Part shown: piece by piece, positions 1 through 13,130 of the stretch
Numbering within the stretch: the stretch's first letter is position 1
How the letters are laid out: each line of letters starts with the position of its first letter
Notes under the pieces: model-generated
What the model was told of the DNA's origin: nothing
The model's database searches: none
What the model saw: the letters and a program-made list of their open reading frames with translations, nothing else
Origin: the human T2T-CHM13v2.0 reference genome, Homo sapiens
Direction: 5' to 3'
Assembly: GCA_009914755.4 (NCBI GenBank)
Contig: CP086569.2
Coordinates: forward strand, 18,432,001-18,496,000
Length of the DNA stretch: 64,000 bases
Made by a program: the position numbers and the translations under genes

Positions 1-904
1 CAGAATGGCTTCACGACTCTAAAAGATGGCCTGCTTGCCAGGTGATTGATTCTGTATGGATTGTTTTCCTTGGAGTGGGGGTCTTGTCTTGGTGTCCCTT
101 CAAGGTGTTGCTGAAAGATGTTGCTGGAAAAGAGGGTCCTGATACTGACCACAAAGTAGGATTCTTAGATCTTGTGTAGGAAAAAATTGAGGTGAATCAG
201 AGAGCACAGTGAAAGAAGCAAGATTATTATAAGTGACTCCATTGCAGAGTTGGGCATCGTCAGAAAACAAAAGCAGGAATGCATTGTCTTTTATGAGTAT
301 CTCTACTTATAAGTAAGTATAAAGAGAAACAGTTATTAATAAACTTGGAAGGTGCAGATGTATTCACTAAAGTCAGGAGCTATTGGTTTTAACAATGATC
401 ATTACCCCATTGACCTAAGCTAGCTCATTAATATTATCTTTAAGGAAAAAATGCTGCACACCTAGGATATTTATACATTTTTCAGGCTTGGTGGAAACTG
501 TCTTGTATGGCCATAAATACTCTGCAACTGTAATTTGTGGCCAGCTTAAAAATGTGGCTATTTTCAGACCATAAATATTAACCTTCTAGATGCTTTGTGA
601 GTACCTAGGTACTCATATTAAGATAGAGTATTCCAGTTATGTTTATTAAATTAGAAGCTTGGTAACCATGACTTCCTCTAACAAAGCAAGCCTACTGCTC
701 AAGGATAAAATTTATTTCTCAGGAATTTTGTGCATTTTGTTTGATGGAATTTGATATATTTACCAAAATGGCAGAAAAGAGTGAAATTAGTCCTCAAAGA
801 TTTCTCAGGATTAGATATAAAGTAAACAAAATGATTATAGTTAATATGCAAGTTGATACAATTGATATTCAAAAGAAATTTTGTTAGAAACATGAGATTT
901 TTAT

Positions 905-1212
905 TTATATTTATTTAATTATTGTTATTATTTTGAGACAGAGTCTTTCTCTGTTGCCCAGGCTGGAGTGCAGTGCACCGTCTCGGCTCACTGAAACCTC
1001 CGCCTCTGAGGTTCAAGTGATTCTCCTGCCTCAGCCTCTCAAGTAGCTACAATTACAGACATGCATCACCACACCCAGTTAATTTTTGTATCTTTAGTAG
1101 AGATGGGGTTTGTCTCTGTTGGCCGGGCTGGTCTCAAACACCTGACAGCAAATGATCTGTCCATGTTGGCCTCCCAAATTACTGGGATTACAGGCATGAG
1201 CCACCGCTTCCA
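905..1212 (-). mobile_element. Alu SINE (AluS-like), full length, antisense
   Basis: T-rich start, then the reverse complement of the Alu consensus (gagacagagtct...ggctggagtgcagtg...gggattacaggcatgagccaccgc). Confidence 0.9.
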
Positions 1213-2505
1213 GTCACAATGAGGTTTTTAAGTAATTCTAACTGATTTCCTGCTGTTGAGCAGGGAGCTGAGCAAATTCAACAGATCGTGAGCCTCAAGT
1301 AGGAGAAGACTGAGGCCAAACTCTGGAACACATGTGATTAATTACGTATAATTGAAACCAAATCAAATTTAATAAGGCTTTTAGTTTCAAGATGTTTCCA
1401 TCATTTTGAAATGTGGTGTTATTCAGTGGAAAAGAAAAATAATGTTTATCTCCAGAGTAAAGAACAGGGTTCCCTGCAGGGATTGATTAACTGAGAGCTA
1501 TGGCTCAGGATTAAAAATTCTTTTTCCCCTTATAAATTAAAAATTAATTTTTAAGCCTCCAGTCACCAAATGGACCCCTCTTCTTGGATAAGGACCTTCC
1601 AAAGTTAACCTGAAAAGCAAGTTCAAGCCATGGGTCACGCATACCTCATTATACTCTCCTCCCCTTGGTTTTAATTTTAATTTTGATTTTTAATTTATTT
1701 TTGTGGGTACACAGTTGGTGTATATATTTATAGGGGTACATGACATACTTTGATACAGGCATGCAGTGAGTAATACATAATAAAAAATGGGCTATCTATC
1801 CCCTTGAGCAATTATAGCTTGTGTTATAAAGAATCCAGTTATACTCTTTTAGTTTTTATAAAATGTATAGTTAAATTATTATTTACTGTAATCACCCAGT
1901 TGTGCTATCAAATACTGCCTTATTCATTCTTTCTAACAATTTTTTGTACCCATTTAGCATCCCCACTATCCTTCTCTTCCCCCACTGCCCTTCCCAGCCT
2001 CAGGTAACCCCCCTTATACTCTCTATCTCTATGACATCAATTGTTTCAAATTTTAGCAGTCACAAATAAGTGAGAACATGTGACATTTGTTTTTCCTGTG
2101 CCTGACTTATTTCACTTAACATAAAGACTTTCAGTTTCGTTTACGTTATTGCAAATGACAGACTCTCATTCTTTCTTATAGCTGAATAGTATTCCATTGT
2201 GTATATGTACCACATTTTCTCTAGCCAGTCATCGTTGATTGACGTTTAGGTGTCTTCCAAATCTTGGCTATTACCAGCATTTGTTTTTGACTGACTTCTG
2301 GATAAAAGCCACCTTACTGGAGTGAAATGATATCTCATTTTTGGTTTGATTTGCATTTCTATAATAATCAGTAATGTGGAGAATCTTTTCATTTGCCTGT
2401 TTGCCATTTGTATGTCTTCTTTTCATAAATGTCTATTTAAATTTTTTGTCCACTCTTTAATTAGGTTACTACATATTTTTCTATAGAATTTTTTTAACTC
2501 AATAT

Positions 2506-3192
2506 AATGTAGTGTATTAGTCTGTTTCTGCACTGCTATTAAAAAAAAAACAGAGACTGGATTATTTATTAATCTATTTATTCATTGAGATTAAGTCTTG
2601 CTCCATCACCCAGGCTGGAGTGAAGTGGTGCGATCTCGGCTCACTGCAACCTCCCCTCTGGGGTCCAAGCAATTATCTGCCTCAGCCTCCTGAGGAGCTG
2701 GGATTACAGGCACCAGCCACCATGCCCAGCTATTTTCTTTATTTTTAGTAGAGACTGTGTTTCACCATCTTGGCCAGGCTGGTCTTGAACTCCTGACCCT
2801 GTGATCCACCGACCTCGGCCTCCCAAAGTGCTGGGATTATAGGCGTGAGCTACTGTGCCTGGTGAGATTGGGTAATTTTTAAGGAAATAGGTTTAATTGA
2901 CTCACATGGCTGGGGAGGCCTCAGGAGACTTACAATCATGGCAGACAGGGAAGCAGGCACCTTTACATGACAGCAGGTGAGACAGCCTGTATGCGAAGCA
3001 AAAGGGGAAGAGCCCCTCATAAAACCGTCAGATCTCATGAGAACTCATTATCAGAAGAAGAGCATGGAGGAAACCACTTCCATGATCCAATCACCTTCTC
3101 ACCTTCTACCAGGTCACTCCCTCAACACCTGGAGATTAATTCAATATGAGATTTGGGTGGGGACACAAAGCCTAACCGTATCATGTGGTTAT
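2506..3192 (-). mobile_element. Solitary MaLR LTR (THE1/MST-like), antisense, split by a nested Alu
   Basis: Begins gtgtattagtctgtttctgcactgctat (reverse complement of the LTR end) and ends ..gggtggggacacaaagcctaaccgtatca (reverse complement of the LTR start tgatatggtttgg..). It is inserted in the L1 between ..atataatgta and tgtggttataaatt. Confidence 0.65.
2563..2862 (-). mobile_element. Alu SINE nested inside the MaLR solo LTR
   Basis: A/T-rich tail at 2563–2586, Alu body to gtgagctactgtgcctgg. Flanking TSD-like tgagactgg / tgagattgg. Confidence 0.9.
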
Positions 3193-4192
3193 AAATTGCT
3201 TTTCACATGGGTAATTTACAAATGTTTCCTCCTATTCTGTGGGTTTTCTCTTCACTTCGTTTATTGTTTCCTTCACTTTAAAAAAGCTTTCTGACTTGCT
3301 GTAATTCCATTTGTCCATGTTTGCTTTTGTGGTCTGTGCATATGGGGCACTACTTAAGAAATTTTTGCCCAAACCAATGCTTTAAAGAGTTTCCCCATTT
3401 TTTTGTGTGTGAAACTTTGATAGTTTGAGGTGTTAAGTTTAAATCTTTAATTATTTTAATTTGATTTTTTTATGTGGCAAGAAATATGGTTCTAGTTTCA
3501 TTCTTCTGCCTATGGCTTGCCAGTTTTCCCAGCCCTACTTATTACAGAAACTGTCTTATTTTTTGTTGTATGTTCTTAGCACTTCTGTTGAAAATAAGTT
3601 TAGTTTAGCTGCATGAGTTTGTTTCTAAGTTCTCTATTTCATTCCTTGGGTCTTTATGTTCTATTTTTATTCTAGCATCATGCTGTTTTAATTACTATAG
3701 CTTGATGGTATAATTTAAAACCAGGTAATGGGATTCCTCCATTTTTGTTTTATATACTCAGCATAGCTTTGACTATCATGGTGTTTTGTGGTTCCATATA
3801 CATTGCAGAAGTTTTTTCTATTTCTGTGAGGAATGTCATTGTTATTTAGATAGAGATGGCATGAAATGTATAGATTCCTTTGGATTGTATGGACATTTTT
3901 AAAAATACTGATTCTTCCAACCTGTGAACAAATAAATATCTTTCCATTTTTTGTGTCCTCTTTCATTTCTTTTATCAGTATTCTACAATTTTAATTGTTG
4001 AGAACTTTTATTTCTTTGGTAAATTCGCACACATTTTGTTTTATTTATGGCTGTTGCAAATAGGATTACTCTTCTGAATTCTTTTTCAGTTTGTTGATGG
4101 TTGGCATATAGAAATCCTACTGATTTGTATATGTTGATTTTGTATTCTGCAAATTTACTGAAGTTATCACTTCTAACAGTTTTTTGGTGGAT

Positions 4193-6652
4193 ATATTAGG
4201 CCATTCTCACATTGCTATAAAAATAGTTGGTGACTGGTTAATTTATAAAGAAAATAGGTTTAATTGGCTCATGTTTCTAGAGGCTGTACAGAAAGCATAG
4301 CCCTGGCCCCTGCTTCTGGGGATGCCTCTGACAACTGACAAGGTGAAGAAAAAATCCGGTGCTTGCACATCACATGGTAAGTGCAAAGGCAAAGGGAAAG
4401 TGCTACGCACTTGTAGATGACCAGCTCTCATGAAAACTTACTGTTGTGGGAATGGCACCAAAGCAAATGATGCCAAACTCTTCATGGAAATCCTGCCCTC
4501 ATGATTCCATCACCTCCCAACTAGGCCCACTTCCAACGTTGAGGTTTACATTTCAATATAAGATTTTGGTGGGAACACACACCCAAACTATATCATTTTG
4601 CCCCTGGCCATTTCAAATCTCATATCCTTCTCATATTTCAGAATACAATCATGACTTCCCAATAATCCCCAAAGTCTTAACTCATTTCAGACTTAACTCA
4701 AAAGTCAAAAGTCTCATCTAAGACAAAGCTAGTTCCTTCCTCCTATAAGCCTATAAAATAAAAACAAGTTAGGTAATTCGAAGACATAAATTGGGTATAG
4801 ACATTGGGTAAATATTCCTATTCTAAAAGGAAGAAATCAGTTAAAAGAAAGGGGCTGCAGGACCCATGCATGTCTGAAACCCAGAATGGGAGTTATTGAA
4901 TTGTAAGACTCCAAAATAATTATTTTTGACTCTGTGTCCCATTTCCAGGACACACTAATGCTTTGGGAAGTTTCAACCTTGTGTCTTTGCATGGTTTAGC
5001 CCCCATGGCTGCTCTCACGGGCTGTTACTGTGTGCCTCTAGCTTTTCCAGGTGCAAGGTGCAAGCTGTACAGGATCTACCATTCTGGAGTCTGGTGGACA
5101 GTGATCCTCTCCTCACAGATCTACTAGGTCATGCCCCATTAGGGAGCCCACATGGGGACTGTAACCCCACATTTCTTCTCTGCATTGATTTAGTAGAGGT
5201 TCTCCATGAGGGCTCCCCTCTGCAACATGCTTCTGCCTGCACACCTTGGCTTTTTCATACATCCTTTTTGAAATAAAAGTGGAAGCTCCAAATTCTCAAC
5301 TGTTGCATTTTGTACACCCACAGGCCTAACACCACATGAAAGCTAGCAAGGCTTATGGATTGCACCTTCTGAAGCAGTGAGTATAGTTGTAACTGGGCCA
5401 ATTTGAGCTACACCTGGAGCATGAGCAGTGGCCAGGATTCAGGGAGCCATGTTCCAAGGCTACTCAAGGCAGCAGGTGCTGGGTCTGATCTCAGAAACTA
5501 TTGTCTTCTTTTAGGCCCCAGGGTCTGTGATGGGGGGCTGGCTTTTAGAATTCTAAAATGCCTTCAATTCCTCTTTCCCATTGTCTTGGCTATCAACAAT
5601 TGCTTTTTTTTTTTGGGTTGTACAAATATCTCTAACAAGTGGTTGCTCCATAGCCTGCTTGAGTTCCTCTCTTATAAAAGCTATTTATTTTTCTGACACT
5701 TAACTAGACTACAAACTTCTCAAGCTTTTACACTATGCTTCCATCAAAAGTATAAGTTACAAATTTTTGTTTTGTTTTGTTTTTTTGCTCCAACATGTGA
5801 ACACAGGTTGATAGAAGCAGCCAGGACACATCTTGAATGCTTTGCTGCTTAGACATTTTTCCAACAGAAACCCTAAATCATCACTTTCAAATTCAAACTT
5901 CTGTATATCCCTAGGGCATGACAGACATTCAGACAACCATTTTGCTAAGATGACATGCATAACTTTTGCTTCAGACCTAATAAGTTTCTAATTTTCATCT
6001 GAGAACTCCTCAGCTCAGCCTTCACTGTCCAGATCACTATCAGCATTATGGTCACAGCCATACAACCAGGCTCTAAGAAGATCTCAACTTTCCCTAATTA
6101 TTCTGGCTTCTTCTGTGTCCTACAGACTCCTCCAACTTTTGCCTGTTTATCCAATAACAAAGTTAATTCCACATTTTCAAGTATTCTTATAATAATTTTC
6201 CACAATTTGGTGCCAATTTTCTCTATTTATCTATTTTTGCATCACTATAAATACCTGAGACTGGAAAATTTATTTTTAAAAAAGGAGGTTTAAGCGGCTT
6301 GTGTCTCTACAGGCTATAGAGAAGATATAGCACTAGCATACACTTCTGGGAAGGCCTCTGGAACTTTACAGTCATGGCAGAAGTTTAAGCAGAATCTTGC
6401 ATATCACAGGGCAAAAGGCAGGAGCAAAAAACAGAGAGGTGAGTTGTTACACACTTTTAAATAACCAGATCTTATGGGAACTCACTCACTATCATGAGGA
6501 TAGTACCAAATGGGATGGTGCTAGGCCATTTGTGAGTAATCCACCCAGATGGTTAAATCACCTTTCATCAGGCCCACCTCCAACATCGACAATTACATTT
6601 AAATATGAGATTTGGGAGAGGATACATATTAAAACTCTATCAGATGAGTCTT
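4193..6652 (-). mobile_element. Full-length MaLR LTR retrotransposon (THE1/MST-like: LTR, about 1.65 kb internal, LTR), antisense, nested in the L1
   Basis: Two same-orientation LTR copies at 4193–4595 and 6250–6652. Both begin ..ggttaatttataaag/..aaaatttatttttaaaa and end ..acccaaactatatca / ..aaaactctatca, and they bracket about 1.65 kb. The L1 sequence resumes on both sides (tttttggtgga | gtctttat). Confidence 0.6.
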
Positions 6653-7018
6653 TATATTTTTTCAAATATAAAATTATATCATCAGCAAAAAAGATAATTT
6701 GACTTATTTTCCAATTGGGATGGCTTTTATTACTTTCTCTTGTCTGATTGCTCCAGATAGGACTTTCAGAATTATGTTGAATAACCATGGTAAAAATGGA
6801 TATTCTTGTCATCTTCGAGATTTTAGAGGAAAGGCTTTTAGTTTTTTCCCCACCAAGTATGATACTAGCTGTGGGTCTGTCACATATAACTTTTATTATG
6901 TTGAGGTATCATTCCATACCCAGTTTTCAAAGGGCTTTTAATTATTAAGGAATGTTAAATTTTATCAAATGATTTTTAGCATAGTTGAAGTGATTATATG
7001 GGTTTTGTCCCTCATTCT

Positions 7019-7328
7019 GTTTTTTTGTTTTTGTTTTTGTTTTTTTTTTACGCCGTCTCCTTCTTTCACCCAAGCTGGAGTGCAATGGCATGATCTTGGC
7101 TCACGGCAACCTCCACTTTCCAGGTTCAAGTGATTCTCCTGCCTCAGCCTCCTGAGTAGCTGAAATTACGGGTGCCTACCATGGCGCCTGGCTAATTTTT
7201 GCATTTTTTGTAGATATGGGGTTTTGCCATCTTGGCCAGTCTGGTTTTGAACTCCTGACCTCAGGTGATTCACCCACCTCAGCTTCCCAAAGTGCTGGGA
7301 TTACAGGCATGAGCCACTGCACCTGGTC
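7019..7328 (-). mobile_element. Alu SINE, antisense, nested in the L1
   Basis: Poly-T, then the reverse complement of Alu through ..gggattacaggcatgagccactgcacctggtc. Confidence 0.9.
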
Positions 7329-7399
7329 GCTTCATTGTGTTTATATGATATATCACATTGATTAATTTGCATGTTGCACCATCTTTGCATGTCTGGGAT

Positions 7400-7500
7400 A
7401 AATCCCACTTGCCCATGATGGATTATCTATTATGTAATTATTATTATGTATATTATCTATTATGTAAATATATTATGTAATTATACATAAATATAATTAT
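7400..7500. repeat. AT-rich simple repeat (tatgtaattat-like motif)
   Basis: Repeated attatgtaa / tattatcta units. Confidence 0.6.
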
Positions 7501-10500
7501 TTATGTATTGTTTAATTCAGGTTTCCAGGTTTTTTGCAAATGTTTGCATCATTATTCTCATATATTGGCCCATAGTTTGCTCTTTTAATGTGTCTTTGTC
7601 TGGTTTTGATATCAGTTTAATACTAGCCTCAAAGAATGAGTTTGAAAATGTTCTTTCCTTCTCTATTTTATGCCTGGTCCTGCAGACTTTTTTATTATGG
7701 CTTTAATTTTGTTATTTATTATTGGTCTGTTCACGTTTTTTATTTTTTCCTAGTTCAATCTTGGTAAGTTGTTTGTGTCCAAGAATTGATTTCCTCTAGG
7801 TTTTCTAATTTGTTGGCATACAATTGCTCACATTAGCCACTAATGATCCTTTGATTTTCTGAAGCGTTACTTGTAATGTCTCTTTATCAACTCTGATTTT
7901 ATTAATTTGGTATCTTCTCAGTTCTTCAGTTAGCCTCTGTAAGTATTTGTCAATTGTTTTACTTTTCAAAAAAGTCAACATTTTGTTTCATTGATTTTTT
8001 GCATTGTTTTCTTCATTTTAACTTTATTTCCACTCTAATCTTTATTATTTCTTTGCTTCTAATTTTGAGTTTGGTTTGGCCTTTTTATTCTATTTAATTA
8101 AGATATATTGTTAGGTTATTTTAAGGTTTTCTAATTTTTATGTATGCACTTATAGTTTTAAATTTTCCTTTTTATTAGTACCTCTTTTACTATATTCTAT
8201 AGGTTTTGCCATGCTATGTTTCCATTATCATTTGTTTCAAGAAATTTTTCTACTTTCTTTTTAACTTTTTTATTGACCTACTGATTATTCAGTGGCATAT
8301 TGTTTAATTTTCAAGTGTTTGTATAGTTTCTGAAATTCTTTTTTTTTTTTTTATCGATTTCTAGTTTTATTCCATTGTGGTCAGAGAAAATCCTTGATAT
8401 TACTTCAATTTTTTGAATGTTTTTAGATACGTTACCTAAGTTATGGTCTACCCTTGAGATCAAACCATGTACTGAGGAGAAGAATGTGTATTCTGTAGCT
8501 GTTGGATGAAATTTTCTGTAAATATCTATTAGGTTAATTTGTACTATAGTGCAGATTAAGTCTGATGTTTCTTTGTTGATTTTCTGTCTGGAAGGTCTAT
8601 CCAATGACTAAAGTTGGGTGTTGAAGTGTCCAGCCATTATTGTATTGTGGTCTCTTTCTTTACATCTCTTATAATATTTGCTTCATTTATATAGGTGCTT
8701 TAGTGTTGGGTGCATATATATTTCCAGTTATTACATCTTCTTGATTAATTGACCCCTTTATTATTATATAATGACCTTCTTAATCTCCTCTTACAGTCTT
8801 TTGTTGAAATCTATTTTTGTCTGGTAAAAGTATAGCTATTTCTGCTTTTTTTGTTTCTATTGGCATGGAATAACTTTTACTATGCTTTTATTTTCAGTCT
8901 AAATGCATCTTTATAGGTAAAGTATTTTTTTTTAGGTCACAGATTATTGTCTTGTGCCTCTATCCATTAATCCATTATTTGTCTTTTGATTGGAGTATTT
9001 GGTTCATTTACATTCAAACTTAGTATTGATAAGCACTTACTCCTGCCATTTTGTTATTTGTTTTCTGATTGATTTTTGTCCTCTCATCCTTCTTTTCTTT
9101 CTTCCAGTCTTCCTTTTAGTGAGGGTGATTTCTCCTGTAATATAATATAATTTCTTCCTTTTTACTTTTTGTACAACTGTGATATGCTTTTTAATTTGAA
9201 ATTATGATTAGGCTTGAAAATAACATCTTATAACACATCGTTTTAGACTGTGAACAATTTAACCCTGATTGCATAAACAAAGAAACAAGCAGAGCAACTA
9301 ACAAAAACTTTACACTTTGATTTCATTGCCATTCTTTTAAACTTTTTGTGGTTTCTCTTCATTCCCGATTTTACTGTCTATATCTTGGAAATATCTTGTA
9401 GTTATTTTTGTAATTGGTTTATTGCTTACTGTTTCTATTTGAGATTTTTGCACAACATAATTACCATGTTATAATATTCTGTGTTTTTCCGTGTGCTATT
9501 ACTAGTGAGTTTTGTACCTTCAGATGATTTCTTATTGCTCATTCACTTTTTTTTTTTCAGGTTAAGAACTCCCTTTAGCATTTCTTGCAGGACATGTCTG
9601 GTGTTAATGAAATCCCTCGGTTTTTGTTTCTCCAGAAAAGTTCTTATTTCTCCATCAAGTTTAAAGGATGTTTTTGCCAGATACATTATTCTAAAGTAAA
9701 AGTCTTTTTTTCTCTTCAGGTTTTTAAAAATGGCATGCCATTCTCTCAGCCTGTAAATTTTCCCCTGAAAGGTCTGCTGTCAGATCTACTGGAGTTCCAC
9801 TGAATGTTATTTGTCTCTCTTCTCTCACTGCTTTTCGATTCATTTCTTTATCCTTAACCTTTGGGAGTTTAGTTAAGTGCCTTGAGGTGGTCTTCTTTGG
9901 GCTATATCTGCTTGATGTTCTGTAACTTTCTTTTACTCAAATGTTGATATCGAATGCTGGGAAATTGTTTAATATTATTTAACACTATTTCTTTAAATAA
10001 ATGTTTAACTCATCTCTTTTCAATCTCCTCTTTAAGGCCAATAACTCTTAGATTTGCTATTTTGAGGCTAATTTTTAGGTTTTGGCAGCATGCTTTATTT
10101 TTTATTCTTTTTTGTCTCCTCTGACTTTATATTTTCAAATAGTCTGACTTCAAGTTCACTAAATCTATCTTCTTCTTGATCAATTGTTTTAAGTAATTCT
10201 TCAGTATGACAACTGCATTTTCATTTCTTTTTTTTTTTTTTTTTGCTTTATTCTTTTTATTTCAATCTCATTGTTAAATTTATCTGATAGAATTTGGAAT
10301 TTTTCGCTGTGTCCTATTGCATTTCTTTGAATTACCTCAACCAGCTATTTTGGATTTCCTTTATGAAAGGTCACATATCTCTGTTTCTCCAGGATTTGTC
10401 CCTGGCACCTTATTTAGCTTGTTTGGTGAGGCCGTGTTTTCCTGGATGGTCTTGATACTTGTAGATGTTCATCTATATCTGGGCATTGAAGAGTTTCCTA

Positions 10501-12289
10501 CTGTAGTCTTGAAAGTCTGGGCTTGTTTGTGCCCATTATACTTGGGAATGCTTTCCAGGTATTCAAAGAGACTTGGGTCCCAACCGAATAACACAGTAGT
10601 TTATGTAAACACATACAGGTACTGCCTTGGTTGCCTTGGATTCACATCAGGAAAAATTCTCTTGATTTATCAAGTAGAGTCCCTTGTTCTCTTCCCTTAC
10701 TTTCTCTCAAACCAGCATAGTCTCTCTCTCTGTGCTTAGGCATGTGGAGCTGGTGTTGCAGCAACATGAGAAACCCTGTGGCCACCAGCACAAAGACTGT
10801 GCTGGTTCACATCTCAGGTAGGCACAGAACTTGAGTCTCACCCAAGGCCCATTCTAACCACTACTTAGCTACCATATAAGTTTACTCAAAGCCCTAGGAC
10901 TCTATGATTAATAGATGGCAAAGCCAGCCAGATTTGTGTCTCTGCCTACAGCGTGGCAAGTTCCCTGTAGCCATGAGGGGGTCCCTAGATGCTAGGGAGC
11001 CAGAGATTAAAGTATAGAATCTTCAAAATTTACCTGCTCTTCTATTTTACTGTAGCTAACCTGGCATTTAGGGCATAAAACAAAGTATTTTCTACCCTTC
11101 TTTCCTCTGTCTGCAGGCAGAGGAGTCTCTTCTATGACTGCCAACACCACCGGCCCATGGGGTAGTTCTGCCAAATCATCATCAATTTCTCACTTAAAGC
11201 CCAAGGACTCTTTAGTTAGCATGTGATAAATTCTGCAATGCCTGGGACTCGACCTTTGGCCCAGGGCAAGTACAGAAATGCTGACCAAGACCTTAGGTCT
11301 GGACTCAGGGACTCTACGAATCTGCTTGGTGCTCTAACCCACTGTGGCTGAGCTGGTATATGAGGTGCAACACAGCGTTCCCTTTACTTTCCCCCCTGCT
11401 TGTCTCAAATGGAAGAAGTCTTTCACCATAGCTACCACAGTTGGAAATGTGCTGGGTCACACCTGAAGTTAGCACTTCTCAGAGCCCTATACCCATGGTG
11501 TATCACTGGGTATTACCTGGGTATCACTGTTTTTTATTCTGGGTACAGAGGTTCTTTAGTCAGCAGGTGATGAATTCTGCCAGGTCTTTACTGACATGGC
11601 AGCACTGACTTTAATGTTAAGTCCTTCAGTCATTGTGCTCTTCCTCTCCCAAATTCACAAGTTTCTCTGTGCTGTGTGGCTGCTGCTGGGTGGGGGTAGG
11701 GGGAGTGGTATTGTGACCACTCCCTTAGCTGCTCTGACTGGTGTCTCAGTAGTCCACATTCTCCCCAGGCTCCACATTGCACTCGCTCTGAGCCAAGCTC
11801 AGCAGTATGACTTGCCTAATAATTGAAGTCCTTGTGGCCTAGACTGCCCCTTAAGTTCTCTTAGGGTCCAATAGCTCTTCGACTCATGTGGCAAGGCTTG
11901 TAAAGACTCAAGCTCCCAACATTGAGATGGGAGATTTTCATCTTGCTAGGGCAAATCAAAATGTTCTATTGGCAGATGTCAGCTGAGTACAATCTGGGTC
12001 TGCTTTTTACTGTGACAGGGTAGTACTGAGTTTATTTCAAAGCCTCACAATCTGTGCTCTCCCTTTCCCAAACATACAATCTCTGCACCACGTGGCCACT
12101 ACTGGTGGTTGAAAAAGAGGTGGCATCAGTGTTTCTAGACTGTCATTTTTTTGTCTTCTCCAAAGTCTCTTTCAGTGATATGAAGTTAATACCAGGTACT
12201 GTGATTGCTTGCCTCATTTTTGGTCCCTTTGATAGTGCTTCTTGAATATAATAAGTTGTGAAAATTTGGTGTTTGGGTATGGGGGACAA

Positions 12290-13130
12290 GTGACGTAGAC
12301 TTCTATTCTGTCTTCTTGGTCTCTGCCTTAAATTTTTTAGATTCAGGAAGTACTTTTGCAGGTTTGTTACATGGATATATTGTGTAATGCTGAGCTATGT
12401 GGGATATTACTGATCCCATTACCAAGGTAATGAGCATAGTACTCATAGTTTCTCACCCCCTGCCCTCCTCCTTCCCTCCTTCATCTAGTAGTTCTCAGTG
12501 TCAATTGCTGACATCTTTATATTCATGTTTAGATCCCACTTACAGGCAAGAACATGTGGTACTTGGTTTTCCATTCCTGTATTAATTTTCTTAGGATAAT
12601 GGCCTACAGATGCATCCATGTTGCTGCACAGGACTTGATTGTATTCTTTTTAATGTGTGCATAGTATTTTATGGTGTTGGATATTTCTATCCAATTTTTG
12701 ATTCACACGTAAGTTAATTTCATGCCTTCCCTAATGTGAATAGCAATATGATGACATACAAGTGCATTTGGGGTTTCTTTTTAAAAATTTTTTAATTTTC
12801 TTTTGGATATATGCTCAATAATGGAATTTGTGGTTTAATGGTACTTCTGTTTTAAATTCTCTGAAAAATCTCCAAACTGCTTTTCACAGTGGGAAAACTA
12901 ATTTACACCACAGTACATAAGCATTTTATTTTCTCTGAAGTCTAACCAGAATTTATAATTTTTTACTTTTTCTTAGTAGCCATACTGAATAATATGAGAA
13001 GTTATCTTACATTGATTTGCATTTCTCTGATTATTAGTGATGTTGAACATTAAGAAAACCATGCCATTAAAACATTGGCAAGGGACATAAGCAGACACTT
13101 CTCAAAAGAAGACATATGAGTGGGATTCTT
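12290..13130 (-). mobile_element. 5'-truncated L1 (older L1PA/L1PB-like) 3' fragment, antisense, with a 70-bp inverted 5' segment (twin-priming signature)
   Basis: 12290–13055 is antisense L1 3'UTR/ORF2 (ggtacttttgcaggtttgttacatggatatattg...ttgatttgcatttctctgattattagtgatgttgaacat). 13060–13130 is sense L1 (ccattaaaacattggcaagggacataagcagacacttctcaaaagaagacat, i.e. [18 protein letters not shown]) covering the L1 segment immediately upstream. Confidence 0.65.

Larger units (their letters stand above)
1668..12250 (-). mobile_element. Ancient near-full-length LINE-1 (L1PB/L1MA-like), antisense, interrupted by nested Alu and MaLR insertions
   Basis: 1690–1760 is the reverse complement of an old L1 3' end (tgtgggtacacagttggtgtatatatttataggggtacatga...). 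Antisense ORF2 signature sequence is present through 2220–2505, 3193–4190, 6655–7015 and 7330–10000 (e.g. atctcatt..ggtttgatttgcatttct). ORF1 and 5'UTR-like sequence extends to about 12250. The 5' boundary is uncertain. Confidence 0.7.
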
